Below are positions 15,410 through 24,929 of a DNA stretch of 39,267 nucleotides, piece after piece (the first letter of the stretch is position 1; each line of letters opens with the position of its first letter). This DNA is from a virus, in the UHGV virus genome UHGV-1366781; one strand, 5' to 3'. A model generated the notes under the pieces. That model saw only the letters and a program-made list of their open reading frames with translations, was not told where the DNA came from and ran no database searches. The position numbers and the translations under genes are program-made.

Positions 15410-15796
15410 TTATAGTTTCTGTAACTCCGCTTGCAGAGCCAGCAGGTCAGCCATAATGTCCTCTTTGGTACGGACAGCCCCTACTACTTTAGGTTTCTCG
15501 ACGAACTTCTCACCGTCGAACTTATAGTCACGCCAAGTCTCTTTAGTGAACGGAGTGGACTCGGTAACGATAACGGAATAGCCATCAGAGGGTGCGAACT
15601 TCTCAGAGACAGCGCCTTGGGTCATCCACGCTATGTCACCTTCAGGAGACACGCATACGACTGAGCGGTTACTCTGTTCATCCAGTTCGACCATAAGGTC
15701 ATACCAAGAGACACCATCTCTGGTGATCTCAATGATAAAGTTATCACCACTTACCTTCTCGCCATTAGTCCACTTCCAGTTATTATAAACTTCCAT
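15410..15796 (-). CDS. hypothetical 128-aa protein inserted between tail fibre gene 17 and holin 17.5; weak resemblance to Tfa-type tail-fibre assembly chaperones
   Basis: ATG at 15794-15796 with AAGGAGA 5 nt upstream, 18 nt after the gene 17 stop. The T7 map has no gene here. Weak Tfa-like features (DGVSWYDL.., W.DYKFDGEKFVEKP, C-terminal EDIMADLLALQAELQKL). Confidence 0.6.
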   Translation of the reverse strand: MEVYNNWKWTNGEKVSGDNFIIEITRDGVSWYDLMVELDEQSNRSVVCVSPEGDIAWMTQGAVSEKFAPSDGYSVIVTESTPFTKETWRDYKFDGEKFVEKPKVVGAVRTKEDIMADLLALQAELQKL

Positions 15797-15814
15797 AGTA
15801 ATCTCCTTTATGAA

Positions 15815-17542
15815 TTAAGCCGAGCCGATAACACGAGCAGACCCGTTACCATATCGAATCCACAGCTTGCGGTGGAACATACCATCAAGCCACGCATTCC
15901 GAACACCGCCCGTAGCATCCTGAGTGTAACCAGTACACACAGAGCCTCCGCCTAATGCGTAGTCGATACGAGCGCCGCCGTTCGTGGATACCCACTCTTG
16001 ACCGCCAAGCCACACATCGTTAAGGAAGCGGTCGTTCATGAAGTCCCTCAGCCACTTACCCTCCCAGATAGATCCACGAATGTTACCATCCTGTTCGACA
16101 ATCGCCCCACCATTGATGACGATTCTTGCGCCTCGGTTTCCGGCGATCTCAAAGTTACCATTTCCTTTGATTCGCATCCACGTATCGTTGTCCCCACCAA
16201 CAAGGTGCCAGCCACGCTCAATATAATAACCTACAATCTCGGAAAAGAATTCATCGCAAGCAAAACCACCAACAGAGCCTCGAATGAGGTTTGTAATCTT
16301 GTTTGCACCAGATGGAACCCACTTGTCCTTATAAATATAGTCACCACCATGCACGTACAGAGTCGCGTCTGCAACCAAATCGCCAGTAGAATGAATCCAT
16401 GAGCCGTTGATGGCCTGAGCGTTAATGGTTGAGTCGAAGTCAACAGAGTTCATCCCATTGAAGCGAACAACCTTGTTAGCGTCAAGCCGTAGTGAACCAG
16501 ATGGCTCGCCTTGCCCGCGGTAGAAATTCATGAATGGACTACCAGTACCATCCCACTCCAAACCAATCGACATACCGTTGTAGGCGCGGAGGACTTTACT
16601 ATCAATATCGTATTTCCACACAACCTTGCCCGAAGTATCACCTTCTGGCTTGATAACCTCTTTGATTGAACCAGCCAAATCGTTCATGTTCTCCAGCTTA
16701 TTTGCTTCCTCAATGGCTCGTTCCTCGGAAGCCTTAGCGTTGGTCTCAGAGGTCTTCGCGTTGGTCTCAGAGGTCTTCGCAGCGATTTTTGAGTTATTCG
16801 CGTTAATCTCAGAGGTCTTAGCGGCACCAGCACTTGCAGCACTAGCATCAGCAGAACCCTTGGACGCATCCCTGTACGCCATAGAGTCAAGGGCATACGA
16901 CCGGGAAGACTTAAAGGTTCCTTCCACCGGAGATTCCTTGATAGCCCAATCACGGGACAGGCTTGCAGAACTCGCAGAGTTACCCGCAGAGGTAGCAGCC
17001 TCGGAAGCACGCACAGTTGCACGGTCGGCCTCAGCCCGTGCGCGGTTCGCAGAGTTCAACGCAGAGTCGTTCCACTTCTGGACTTGACCTAAGTTGATTG
17101 CGTCACCGGGGTCTTTAGCGTCCGCAACGTTCACGATACGACGACCACGAGCATCCAAGTCACCATCGTTGTTAACGCCAATCGTATCAGCGGTAAGGTC
17201 ACGCGCTTCCTCAGCAACGTGGAGGGTCTGCACCTGCGAGATGTTCAGGTCATACGCACGGAGGATTGAGCCATCCGTAAAGTCAACCAGACGTTCAGTC
17301 GCTGAGGTGTACCGCCGAATCTCGATAAGGTTATAACCGTCCGCTGGCCCCAATGCTCTCGTTGTGGAGATTGTGGTCTTAGTTGCAAAACGATAGTCTT
17401 GATTCAAGGTGAGTTCCTTTCGGTCAACACCGATAAGGGTCACTCGGACGAACTTACGCGCCAGATACTCGAACGGAATATTAAAGTCCGTAGTTGAACC
17501 ATCCAGCGGGTAAGTCATCACGGTCTTAATAGTTGTAGCCAT
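15815..17542 (-). CDS. 17: gp17 tail fibre: T7-like N-terminal adaptor and shaft, divergent distal receptor-binding region
   Basis: 575 aa from the ATG at 17540-17542 (MATTIKTVMTYPLDGSTTDFNIPFEYLARKFV..), AAGGAGGT upstream. The first ~150 aa are near-identical to T7 gp17; beyond ~aa 290 they are not alignable, apart from a GNI.GS.W.GKWL motif. Confidence 0.93.
   Translation of the reverse strand: MATTIKTVMTYPLDGSTTDFNIPFEYLARKFVRVTLIGVDRKELTLNQDYRFATKTTISTTRALGPADGYNLIEIRRYTSATERLVDFTDGSILRAYDLNISQVQTLHVAEEARDLTADTIGVNNDGDLDARGRRIVNVADAKDPGDAINLGQVQKWNDSALNSANRARAEADRATVRASEAATSAGNSASSASLSRDWAIKESPVEGTFKSSRSYALDSMAYRDASKGSADASAASAGAAKTSEINANNSKIAAKTSETNAKTSETNAKASEERAIEEANKLENMNDLAGSIKEVIKPEGDTSGKVVWKYDIDSKVLRAYNGMSIGLEWDGTGSPFMNFYRGQGEPSGSLRLDANKVVRFNGMNSVDFDSTINAQAINGSWIHSTGDLVADATLYVHGGDYIYKDKWVPSGANKITNLIRGSVGGFACDEFFSEIVGYYIERGWHLVGGDNDTWMRIKGNGNFEIAGNRGARIVINGGAIVEQDGNIRGSIWEGKWLRDFMNDRFLNDVWLGGQEWVSTNGGARIDYALGGGSVCTGYTQDATGGVRNAWLDGMFHRKLWIRYGNGSARVIGSA
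16740..16781 (-). repeat. perfect 21-bp tandem duplication inside tail fibre gene 17 (encodes AKTSETN x2)
   Basis: ttggtctcagaggtcttcgcg occurs twice; the surrounding protein carries further degenerate 7-aa repeats (SKIAAKTSETNAKTSETNAKASEE). Confidence 0.9.
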
Positions 17543-17594
17543 GTGACCTCCTTTGTAAATTAGCATTAGGAGAGAAGAGGCCAGAATGTGACCT

Positions 17595-17618
17595 CTCTCC
17601 CTTTAGTGAGGGTTTATT
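17595..17618 (-). promoter_or_regulatory. T3-type promoter phi17 (AATAAACCCTCACTAAAGGGAGAG)
   Basis: Overlaps the gene 16 stop; upstream of the tail fibre gene. Confidence 0.8.
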
Positions 17619-20600
17619 GGCGAGGGCGTGTTGCGTCATCCTTAATCTTGATGCCCTGCTCTTCGAAGATGTGCATAATCAACTGTTGTGTCAGCGGGTC
17701 ATTGGGAACAAGCTCACGCATGGAGTTGAACACACCAGTACGGAACTCTACCTCACTTTGCTTACCATCAGAGCTAAGTAGCGTAGAGGCATTCATGGCG
17801 GTAGACCCAATGTTCCCAACTAGTCCTACAGCGGGCACTTGGTTGGATATTGCCCCTACGATGTTACCAGCAACCTCCTTACCAGTCCAAGCCTTGTTTC
17901 GGTCACGTTCGGTCTTTTCCTTTGGTAACACCGTTGAGCGGGTGTACTGGTAGGTATCATTACCGAACAAGCCACCAATCATATCGTAGACAGACAGTGG
18001 GGAACCAAGGTGTGAACTTCTGGATAATGACGCGTGGGCAATCATTTTAGGGTCAAGGGCGTTCTTGAGGTACTCCTTACGCTTGTGCTCCTGTAGGCCG
18101 TAAGCCTTCAAGTGCGCCTGAGCAACATAGTAACCACCCGCCAGACCCATAGAGATGATTGCAGTCAGCGCAGAATCGATAGCCCTGTTGTTCTTAGTTG
18201 CGTCATAGAACAACCTAACGAAGCGCGAGTTAAGAGACTTGATTACGAAGTTCTTAAACTGCATCACCATCTTGACAGCCGCCCCGTAAGCCTTGGTGTC
18301 CTGTGAGGAAACCTTATGCGGCCTAAGGATAGTCTCATCAGCAACCTTATCAGCCAGACGCCATAAGTCCATAGTCCGTGGGTCATTAGCGAAAGCCTGT
18401 TTGTCCCGGATTGTAAACTTACCGTCAGCATCACGAGTAGCGTGGTCACGGAACAACTGCTTTATTCCCTTCCACTGCTCAGGTGACACAGAGGCAGACT
18501 TAAGGTAATTCGCTTTACCGAACTTAGAGCCTTTCCCAGCGAGTGCTGCCCCAGCCACATCACCCAGTACCCCCTGTCTGGCAGCATCGATGATGTAGTT
18601 AGAGGTTCCATTAAGTAGCATCGTCCAAGGTGAACGCGCAGACAATTCCTGAGTGCCGAAGCGAATAGTCCCAACCACATTAGCCACCACTGCGTTAGTG
18701 TCAGTAGACTCCCGAAGGCGACGTATATGGTCTTCACGCCCCGGACGCATAAGCTGGTCTAGTTCCTTCCCGAACACCATACCGTGAATCTCCTTAATCT
18801 CAGAGCCGCTCATAGGCTTCCTCCGGCTAACCCAATCGTTAAGCAGTGGGATTCCATGAAGTACCGCAGAGGTGTTTCCTTTACTCAACATAGCAGCAAC
18901 CTCTGTGAAGTTCTGGAACGGCATGTAGAAGTTCTTAGCGAAGAAAGCCAAGTCAGTCATGGAGCGAAGAAGCGTACCGAAAGCTCCCTCTGGGTTCATG
19001 CGGGCACGACCAGTCAGAATCTTCACGGTGTCCTTGAGTGCTTCGACTTCACCTTTCAGTGAGCCGTTACCCTCAGACTGCTTGTCCAGCGCCATGATTT
19101 CATCTTTCAGTTCCTTCGTCGTCTTACCCGAACCACCCATGATAGCCACGTCACCATCAACTCGACGGTCATAAGCAGGAAGAATGTCAGCCATATCGTA
19201 GTTACGCAGGTCGTTCACAGAGAACGTGCTACCATCCGGGAGGGTAACAGCCATGTCGCTGTCGAACATGTTACGGGCCTCCAAGAAGTTATTGTTCTCG
19301 ATGCCAACCAGACCCTCAAGGTTTTCATCAATGATAGAGGAGGAAGTGAATTGGTCAGTGTGCGATATACCATACGCCTTGTCCATAGCGTGCTTCTGAA
19401 CCATATCTGGTGTTACTTCCTGTACCGTCTTGAGACCGTTAAGCTCCATCAGGTACTCATCGACTCTCGCCTTGACTTCTGGGCGAGCGCGGTAAGATGT
19501 AAGCCACGACTCTGTAATTGCCCGTTGTAGTCCCTCGTTACCGTAGCGACTCACCATGTACAACTTTATAGCGCGGTCATACACATTAGGCACGTAGGTT
19601 CCGTTATGGCGTGAGCCGGGGAATATGCTACGAGCTTTTACGTTCCCGAAGATAGCAGGGTTTTCCATGAGTTCGCGCTTGAGGTCGAAGTGTTGTTTCA
19701 GGATATCCATCACCTTACGTTCTCCCTTTGTGAGTCCCGATTGTAGCTCTGGTCTCTCAATCGCTAAGGCAGCACGCTTATAGATTTCCTGACGTACTTC
19801 CTTACGGCTCATCTTCACACCACCTGTAGAGAACTCAGGGTCTTTCATTGCGATGCGCACAGCATCATAAAGTAGATTGTAGGTGCGCTGGTTGAGCGAA
19901 TGGAGTCGCTCCTTAATGTCAGAAGCAGTCGAACCGAACTTACCGTTAGAGCCTGATTCCATCCCTGTTGGAGAACGAACAAGGTCACTCGCAATGGAGC
20001 GCACAGTCTCATTCTCCGACCGAAGGGTCTTGAGGCTGATCTCAGCGAATCCACCCAAAGAGATACCACGAGCCGCTCGCTCAGGGTTAACCTGCTCAAA
20101 TTCCTGAAGGGTCTGAGGGTTAATCGGGTTGGTGTCACTCAAGATTTGACCTTGTGGTAACACCACAGCACCCGGCTCAGTTTCAAGTGGAGAATAGTTC
20201 ACCCCAGCATGTTCCCCATCAAAGGAGCGACCATCTGTTGGCATACGTGTTAAGTCCTCGCCACCAGCTTGAAAGGCAGCCTCACGCGCCTCCAGTCGAG
20301 TAGCCATGCGGTCGAAGTCGTTACTAACTTGACCAGCGCGAACACGGCCCAAGGCTGCACTCACACCATCAGCTATTGCGCTCATCCCGGCCCCGAACAT
20401 AAGACCCCCAAGGATTGCATCTTGATAGTGCGCCTCACCACCAGCAACGGATGTGCGAACAGCTTCTGAAACTGCGCCCAAGGCTGCACTTTGGGCACCA
20501 ACAACGAACGCCTTGTTTACCACCTTGAGACCCTTTCCAGCAACACCAACAAGCGGCACATAGCTCAAGGGGTCAACACCAGCCCCAACGATTCCACCTA

Positions 20601-21582
20601 CCAACTGTGCTCCCACACCAGCACCTTGAGCCTTCGCAGCCATAGCCGCATTCTCATTAGCCAGCTTAATCAGGTCATCCAAATTCTCTGGGTCTCCACC
20701 AGTAACAACGTTGATGTAGTTTGGGTCTTTTACCTCGTTACGGATACGCTCTAATTGCTCAGGCGTCCACGTAGTGCTGTTCCAGCGAGTTGGGGTAATA
20801 GCGTCCTTGAAGATGTCAAAACTATCATCAAAACGCGCAGCATTGAAGGCAACACCCAATAGCGAGTTATGAAGCTCGGCACTTGTGGTGTCCTTTATCC
20901 CGAAGAATGTTGAACGGTTTTCATATTCCTCAACGGTAGTTCCATGTTTATCGTAGAAATCCTTAGTGAACGGTACGGCAGGTTCCTGTTGTTCCACACC
21001 CTCCAGCTTAAAGCCAGTTGATTGTGGAAGCTCAGTTCCTACCTTCCCGGCCTTACCGATTCCAGCAAAGGCGTCCTCAGCAGGAATCCCTTTAGCCTTT
21101 GGGGTTATCCCACCGAACGCCTCCAAGTCTCCCTTGCGCGGGCTGTTAGCCACATCGAGAAGTTTACGCATGTAGTTGCGACCCTCCTCGCTGATAGAGG
21201 CCCAATCGCCTCGGTCATAAGCCTGCATCTGTGGGGCACCATTGCGTCCCTCTCCTTGGTTGTACGCTAGGGCCGCTTTAAGTTCATCCCCGTCGTATTT
21301 CCTAACGAGGTCGCTAAGGTGACGAGCGGCTGCGTCCACAGCCAACTCAGGATTGAATCTCTCATCGTCATCTCCACCTGTCACCTTGAGTCCAAGCCCC
21401 GATGCCGTACCTTTAGTGAACTGCATGAGACCTAATGGCCCGGTAGGGCTTTTGGCTTTCGGATTGAAGCCAGATTCGTTGAATGCTAATTTACGAAGCA
21501 GGTCATAGGAGACCCCATGTTCATCTGCCGCTTTCTGAAATAACCCATCATACTCGGATGGTTTCGTCTTGTCGTAGCTCAT
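17614..21582 (-). CDS. 16: gp16 internal virion (core) protein D with an N-terminal lytic transglycosylase domain
   Basis: 1322 aa. The N-terminal SLT motif (..NESGFNP.A.S..GA.GLMQF..) and the length match T7 gp16 (1318 aa). Confidence 0.97.
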   Translation of the reverse strand: MSYDKTKPSEYDGLFQKAADEHGVSYDLLRKLAFNESGFNPKAKSPTGPLGLMQFTKGTASGLGLKVTGGDDDERFNPELAVDAAARHLSDLVRKYDGDELKAALAYNQGEGRNGAPQMQAYDRGDWASISEEGRNYMRKLLDVANSPRKGDLEAFGGITPKAKGIPAEDAFAGIGKAGKVGTELPQSTGFKLEGVEQQEPAVPFTKDFYDKHGTTVEEYENRSTFFGIKDTTSAELHNSLLGVAFNAARFDDSFDIFKDAITPTRWNSTTWTPEQLERIRNEVKDPNYINVVTGGDPENLDDLIKLANENAAMAAKAQGAGVGAQLVGGIVGAGVDPLSYVPLVGVAGKGLKVVNKAFVVGAQSAALGAVSEAVRTSVAGGEAHYQDAILGGLMFGAGMSAIADGVSAALGRVRAGQVSNDFDRMATRLEAREAAFQAGGEDLTRMPTDGRSFDGEHAGVNYSPLETEPGAVVLPQGQILSDTNPINPQTLQEFEQVNPERAARGISLGGFAEISLKTLRSENETVRSIASDLVRSPTGMESGSNGKFGSTASDIKERLHSLNQRTYNLLYDAVRIAMKDPEFSTGGVKMSRKEVRQEIYKRAALAIERPELQSGLTKGERKVMDILKQHFDLKRELMENPAIFGNVKARSIFPGSRHNGTYVPNVYDRAIKLYMVSRYGNEGLQRAITESWLTSYRARPEVKARVDEYLMELNGLKTVQEVTPDMVQKHAMDKAYGISHTDQFTSSSIIDENLEGLVGIENNNFLEARNMFDSDMAVTLPDGSTFSVNDLRNYDMADILPAYDRRVDGDVAIMGGSGKTTKELKDEIMALDKQSEGNGSLKGEVEALKDTVKILTGRARMNPEGAFGTLLRSMTDLAFFAKNFYMPFQNFTEVAAMLSKGNTSAVLHGIPLLNDWVSRRKPMSGSEIKEIHGMVFGKELDQLMRPGREDHIRRLRESTDTNAVVANVVGTIRFGTQELSARSPWTMLLNGTSNYIIDAARQGVLGDVAGAALAGKGSKFGKANYLKSASVSPEQWKGIKQLFRDHATRDADGKFTIRDKQAFANDPRTMDLWRLADKVADETILRPHKVSSQDTKAYGAAVKMVMQFKNFVIKSLNSRFVRLFYDATKNNRAIDSALTAIISMGLAGGYYVAQAHLKAYGLQEHKRKEYLKNALDPKMIAHASLSRSSHLGSPLSVYDMIGGLFGNDTYQYTRSTVLPKEKTERDRNKAWTGKEVAGNIVGAISNQVPAVGLVGNIGSTAMNASTLLSSDGKQSEVEFRTGVFNSMRELVPNDPLTQQLIMHIFEEQGIKIKDDATRPRQ

Positions 21583-21604
21583 GGAGCCTCCTTATAGTTT
21601 ACTG

Positions 21605-23848
21605 TTAGTCTTCTTTACGTCCATAGATAAACTTAGGAACCTTGTTCCGTTTCTCTTGGACACGCTTAGCTGCTTCTTTACGGGCCTTGGTTGCCGCGAC
21701 GATAGGTGCTCGCTTATTGGCTTCCGCTAAGGCTTTCTTCTCAGCCGCTGCCGCCTGTTGCTCAGCGTAGTTCTTGTACATCTTGCGTAGCAGTGTGTTA
21801 TCATAACTTATGCCCAAGTTGGTAGTGGTATCATAGATTTTGATTAAGTTACCCTGTTGGCTAACCTTAAGTTGCTTGTTAGTCACCCAAGGGTTTTGCT
21901 CTTGGTACTTCTTAACAGCTTGCTCAATGATATCCTTACCTTGCTCCCAAGATTTAGGGTCATCTGTTACCTGCATCATGTTGCGAGGAATAACTCCATA
22001 AGTTCCACCATCTACATTATCAGAAGAGAATGTATAGGTAGTGTCCTTTAGGAACGAACTAACCGCTGATATGGCATCCTTAGGGTTTCCTGTTAGGTAC
22101 TTCTCAGAGTCATAAATAATCTGAGCGTACTCACGCATGGAAGCCGGAAGGTATTTCAGTTCGGGCTGCACAGAGTTGTTCATCAGCTCGCTGAACGCAC
22201 GCTCATCCTCAATCTGCATTTCACGCGTTTTCCCTTGACGGGACTTAGTGGCGTTGATGAGAGCTTGCGGCTTTATCCCCTGTCTATCCAATTGATCCAT
22301 AGTGTGGAACAGCTCGGCATCGTCTGGATACAAGGCCGCGAACAATCCGGGGTCAATGTTGCGCATCTTGCGGAGGGAGTCAAGTGCTGGGGTGCTATCT
22401 GGCATATCCCCATTAATGACAGCCGCCTTCCACTCGCCACGAGCATCTGACACCAACTGACCTACAGCAGTGCGGAATGCACCATCTTTAGAGTCAGCTT
22501 GGAGGTACTGCAACTTCATGCGATCCTTCTGCGCCTCTGGAATGTCCATAGCGTCAATCTGCGCCAACTTCTGGTTCGCGTAGTTCACCATATCACTATG
22601 GACAAACTCTCCAGTGTTCTCGTTTGTTGGCATATCTTTGTAGTCAGTTGAAACATACTCACCATTGATTCTCTTCTGGAACTGCTTGTCGATGACCAAA
22701 GATTTATTCAGGGTCTTACGCTGCTTGTCCATCAGCTTCGCAGTCTCAGCGGCCTCTTGTTTGAAGCGCGTCTGCATATGTGCTTGGGCATCATTGAGCT
22801 GCTGGCGCTCAGGCGTAAGTTCTTCTCCGGGCTGAATCTTGTCGAGTTCCGCCTTGATACCTTGGAGCGCCTCCCATCCCTTGCCAGTATCCTCTTGGTT
22901 AAGCGCAGAGTTGATACTCAGTTGGAACCTCTCAGTCAACTTCGCATCGTTCTGGAATTGAGTGTGCTGTGCCTTAATCATCATGGCCTGCCACTGTTCA
23001 TCACCCATCAGTTCGCGATAGGTAGTCGTAGCGCCATTTAGAGTTACCTTGCGGTTCTCAATGTTCTGCAAGAAGGCGGCACCACCCGGACGCTGTAGTA
23101 CGTCATTCAAGGACGAAGAGATAACCTGTTGAGCCTGATTGTCAGTCATCCCTGTCACCAAGGAGTTGTCGATGTAGTTCTGGAAGAACTCACCGGACTC
23201 AGGACTAGACAGTAGGTCAGGGTCAGATAGGACACCGTTGAGTTCAACCTTGGAATTAAGGATAGCACCCTTCTGCGCTTGGTCACTCAGGAAGGTATCA
23301 TGTGCCCCATACAGAGCGATGTTGCGCTCGGTGATGTTAGCATTGAAACCCTTCTGGTACTCCTCGTCCATCTCATTGATGCCGAACTGCTCAGCGAACG
23401 ACTTCGACTGCTCCTGTAGTCGTGAGTGTCGATACTGCTCCAACTCTTCACGGGTACGGAAGCGCCCCTCTTTGATTCCCTGTTGAACCTCATCGTCCAC
23501 AAGGAACGCAGCGTTACGCCCTGTCTTGAACTTCAAGGCCTGCATTGCGTATGGGTCATCCTGATATAGTAGAGTACCATTCTGGATAGCCTGTCGGCGC
23601 TGCTCAGGGGTCAGCTTACGGATAATCTCGTTGGAGCGCTCATCGGCTCGTTGCTTATCACGTTCGTCTTTCGCCATGTACATATCTGCACCAGCCTTAG
23701 CGAATCGACTAATGGAGTCCAGAAGACTCGCTCTCGGTTGTTCAGCCTGAATGGTTGCTGCCCGGTAATCCATACCTTTGACGCCCCGGAGTCGTTCCAT
23801 ACCGGGAGTCGCCATGTTGCCTAAAACACTATTTAGTTTACTAGCCAT
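21605..23848 (-). CDS. 15: gp15 internal virion (core) protein C
   Basis: 747 aa, the same length as T7 gp15, in the syntenic position. Confidence 0.93.
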   Translation of the reverse strand: MASKLNSVLGNMATPGMERLRGVKGMDYRAATIQAEQPRASLLDSISRFAKAGADMYMAKDERDKQRADERSNEIIRKLTPEQRRQAIQNGTLLYQDDPYAMQALKFKTGRNAAFLVDDEVQQGIKEGRFRTREELEQYRHSRLQEQSKSFAEQFGINEMDEEYQKGFNANITERNIALYGAHDTFLSDQAQKGAILNSKVELNGVLSDPDLLSSPESGEFFQNYIDNSLVTGMTDNQAQQVISSSLNDVLQRPGGAAFLQNIENRKVTLNGATTTYRELMGDEQWQAMMIKAQHTQFQNDAKLTERFQLSINSALNQEDTGKGWEALQGIKAELDKIQPGEELTPERQQLNDAQAHMQTRFKQEAAETAKLMDKQRKTLNKSLVIDKQFQKRINGEYVSTDYKDMPTNENTGEFVHSDMVNYANQKLAQIDAMDIPEAQKDRMKLQYLQADSKDGAFRTAVGQLVSDARGEWKAAVINGDMPDSTPALDSLRKMRNIDPGLFAALYPDDAELFHTMDQLDRQGIKPQALINATKSRQGKTREMQIEDERAFSELMNNSVQPELKYLPASMREYAQIIYDSEKYLTGNPKDAISAVSSFLKDTTYTFSSDNVDGGTYGVIPRNMMQVTDDPKSWEQGKDIIEQAVKKYQEQNPWVTNKQLKVSQQGNLIKIYDTTTNLGISYDNTLLRKMYKNYAEQQAAAAEKKALAEANKRAPIVAATKARKEAAKRVQEKRNKVPKFIYGRKED

Positions 23849-23850
23849 TA

Positions 23851-24444
23851 TTACCTCCCGGTCTTGGTTCCTTTGGCGGCACTGATAGGTGCTGCTTGGT
23901 TTCCACCTTTCTTGTCAAATCCACCAGCCGCATATTGACTTGCAGCTTCCTGACCCATAATGGACAGAGGGTCTAGTACACGCATCAGACCAGACTTACC
24001 TTTGGCCTCGCTCTTGTACATTGCATCGACTTGACTTGCTGTTGACTGAGTGCGTCCCAACTGTTGCGCAAAGATACTCGCGTAGTCTCTGCGGTAATTC
24101 TCGGTGACACTGTTTGCCTCCCGAATGTAGTTGCCCTCTTCGATACGCTTGATGCGCTTCATGGACTCACCTTCGAGCATACCCTCGCCAATAGCTGCAC
24201 GGATGGTTCCCATAGCCTGTACCTTCTGCATGTTACGTGTAGTCAACTCAGAGGATGCAGCTTCAAGGGCGTCCCGTTGTTCCAGCGAGGCGTTGGCATT
24301 TTGGATATTCATCTCTTTTACCATCTCAATTGCCTGTCGGCGTCCAGCTTCGGTCTGTGCCACTCGCGCCTTGTCAGCACTGTTCTGGCTACTTAGAGCT
24401 TGGGCACCCATCATGGCAATAGGAATCGCTGCCATCCAGCACAT
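23851..24444 (-). CDS. 14: gp14 internal virion (core) protein B
   Basis: 197 aa. N-terminus MCWMAAIPIAM.GAQA and C-terminus ..PI.AAKGTKTGR match T7 gp14. Confidence 0.9.
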   Translation of the reverse strand: MCWMAAIPIAMMGAQALSSQNSADKARVAQTEAGRRQAIEMVKEMNIQNANASLEQRDALEAASSELTTRNMQKVQAMGTIRAAIGEGMLEGESMKRIKRIEEGNYIREANSVTENYRRDYASIFAQQLGRTQSTASQVDAMYKSEAKGKSGLMRVLDPLSIMGQEAASQYAAGGFDKKGGNQAAPISAAKGTKTGR

Positions 24445-24446
24445 AG

Positions 24447-24857
24447 TTACCTCCTACTGATAGTGAATAATTGGAATTGACCATCAGCGATAAACTCATT
24501 ATGGAATACCGCACCTATGGTCTTTAGGAAACGAATGTGTGACTTATTGCCAACCCAAACGAAGTTCCAAATGGACTCGTACTGGCTTAGCATCATATCA
24601 CGATATTCAATGATAAGTCTACGAAACTCTAAGCGTTCCTTTAAGTTAAACAGTGGGACGTACTTAGAGGTAAGGAACCACACTCGGTCTCCCTGATTGC
24701 CACCAATTGCCAACACAGCGTTATCGCTAAGCATTGCCACAGTGTTCTCATCAGGAATTACTTTAGGTTCGACACCCAATGCCTCAGCTTCCAGAATGTC
24801 CTCTATGGACGGCTGAAAGTTGTCAGCGTGGTCTTGTAAACACTTTGTAATATACAT
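24447..24857 (-). CDS. 13: gp13 internal virion protein A
   Basis: 136 aa ORF directly downstream of a T3-type promoter (phi13) and upstream of 14; the size matches T7 gp13. Confidence 0.8.
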   Translation of the reverse strand: MYITKCLQDHADNFQPSIEDILEAEALGVEPKVIPDENTVAMLSDNAVLAIGGNQGDRVWFLTSKYVPLFNLKERLEFRRLIIEYRDMMLSQYESIWNFVWVGNKSHIRFLKTIGAVFHNEFIADGQFQLFTISRR

Positions 24858-24885
24858 ACTGCTTTAACCCCTCGTATCTATTAGT

Positions 24886-24909
24886 GTCTCCCTTTAGTGA
24901 GGGTTAATT
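24886..24909 (-). promoter_or_regulatory. T3-type promoter phi13 (AATTAACCCTCACTAAAGGGAGAC)
   Basis: Consensus match between gene 12 and gene 13. Confidence 0.85.
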
Positions 24910-24929
24910 CACCACAGGGAGACTTTAAG

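Noticed and set aside
16626-17087. 153-aa Ala/Ser-rich plus-strand ORF
   Set aside because: Antisense of the low-complexity repeat tract of tail fibre gene 17. Low-complexity artefact.
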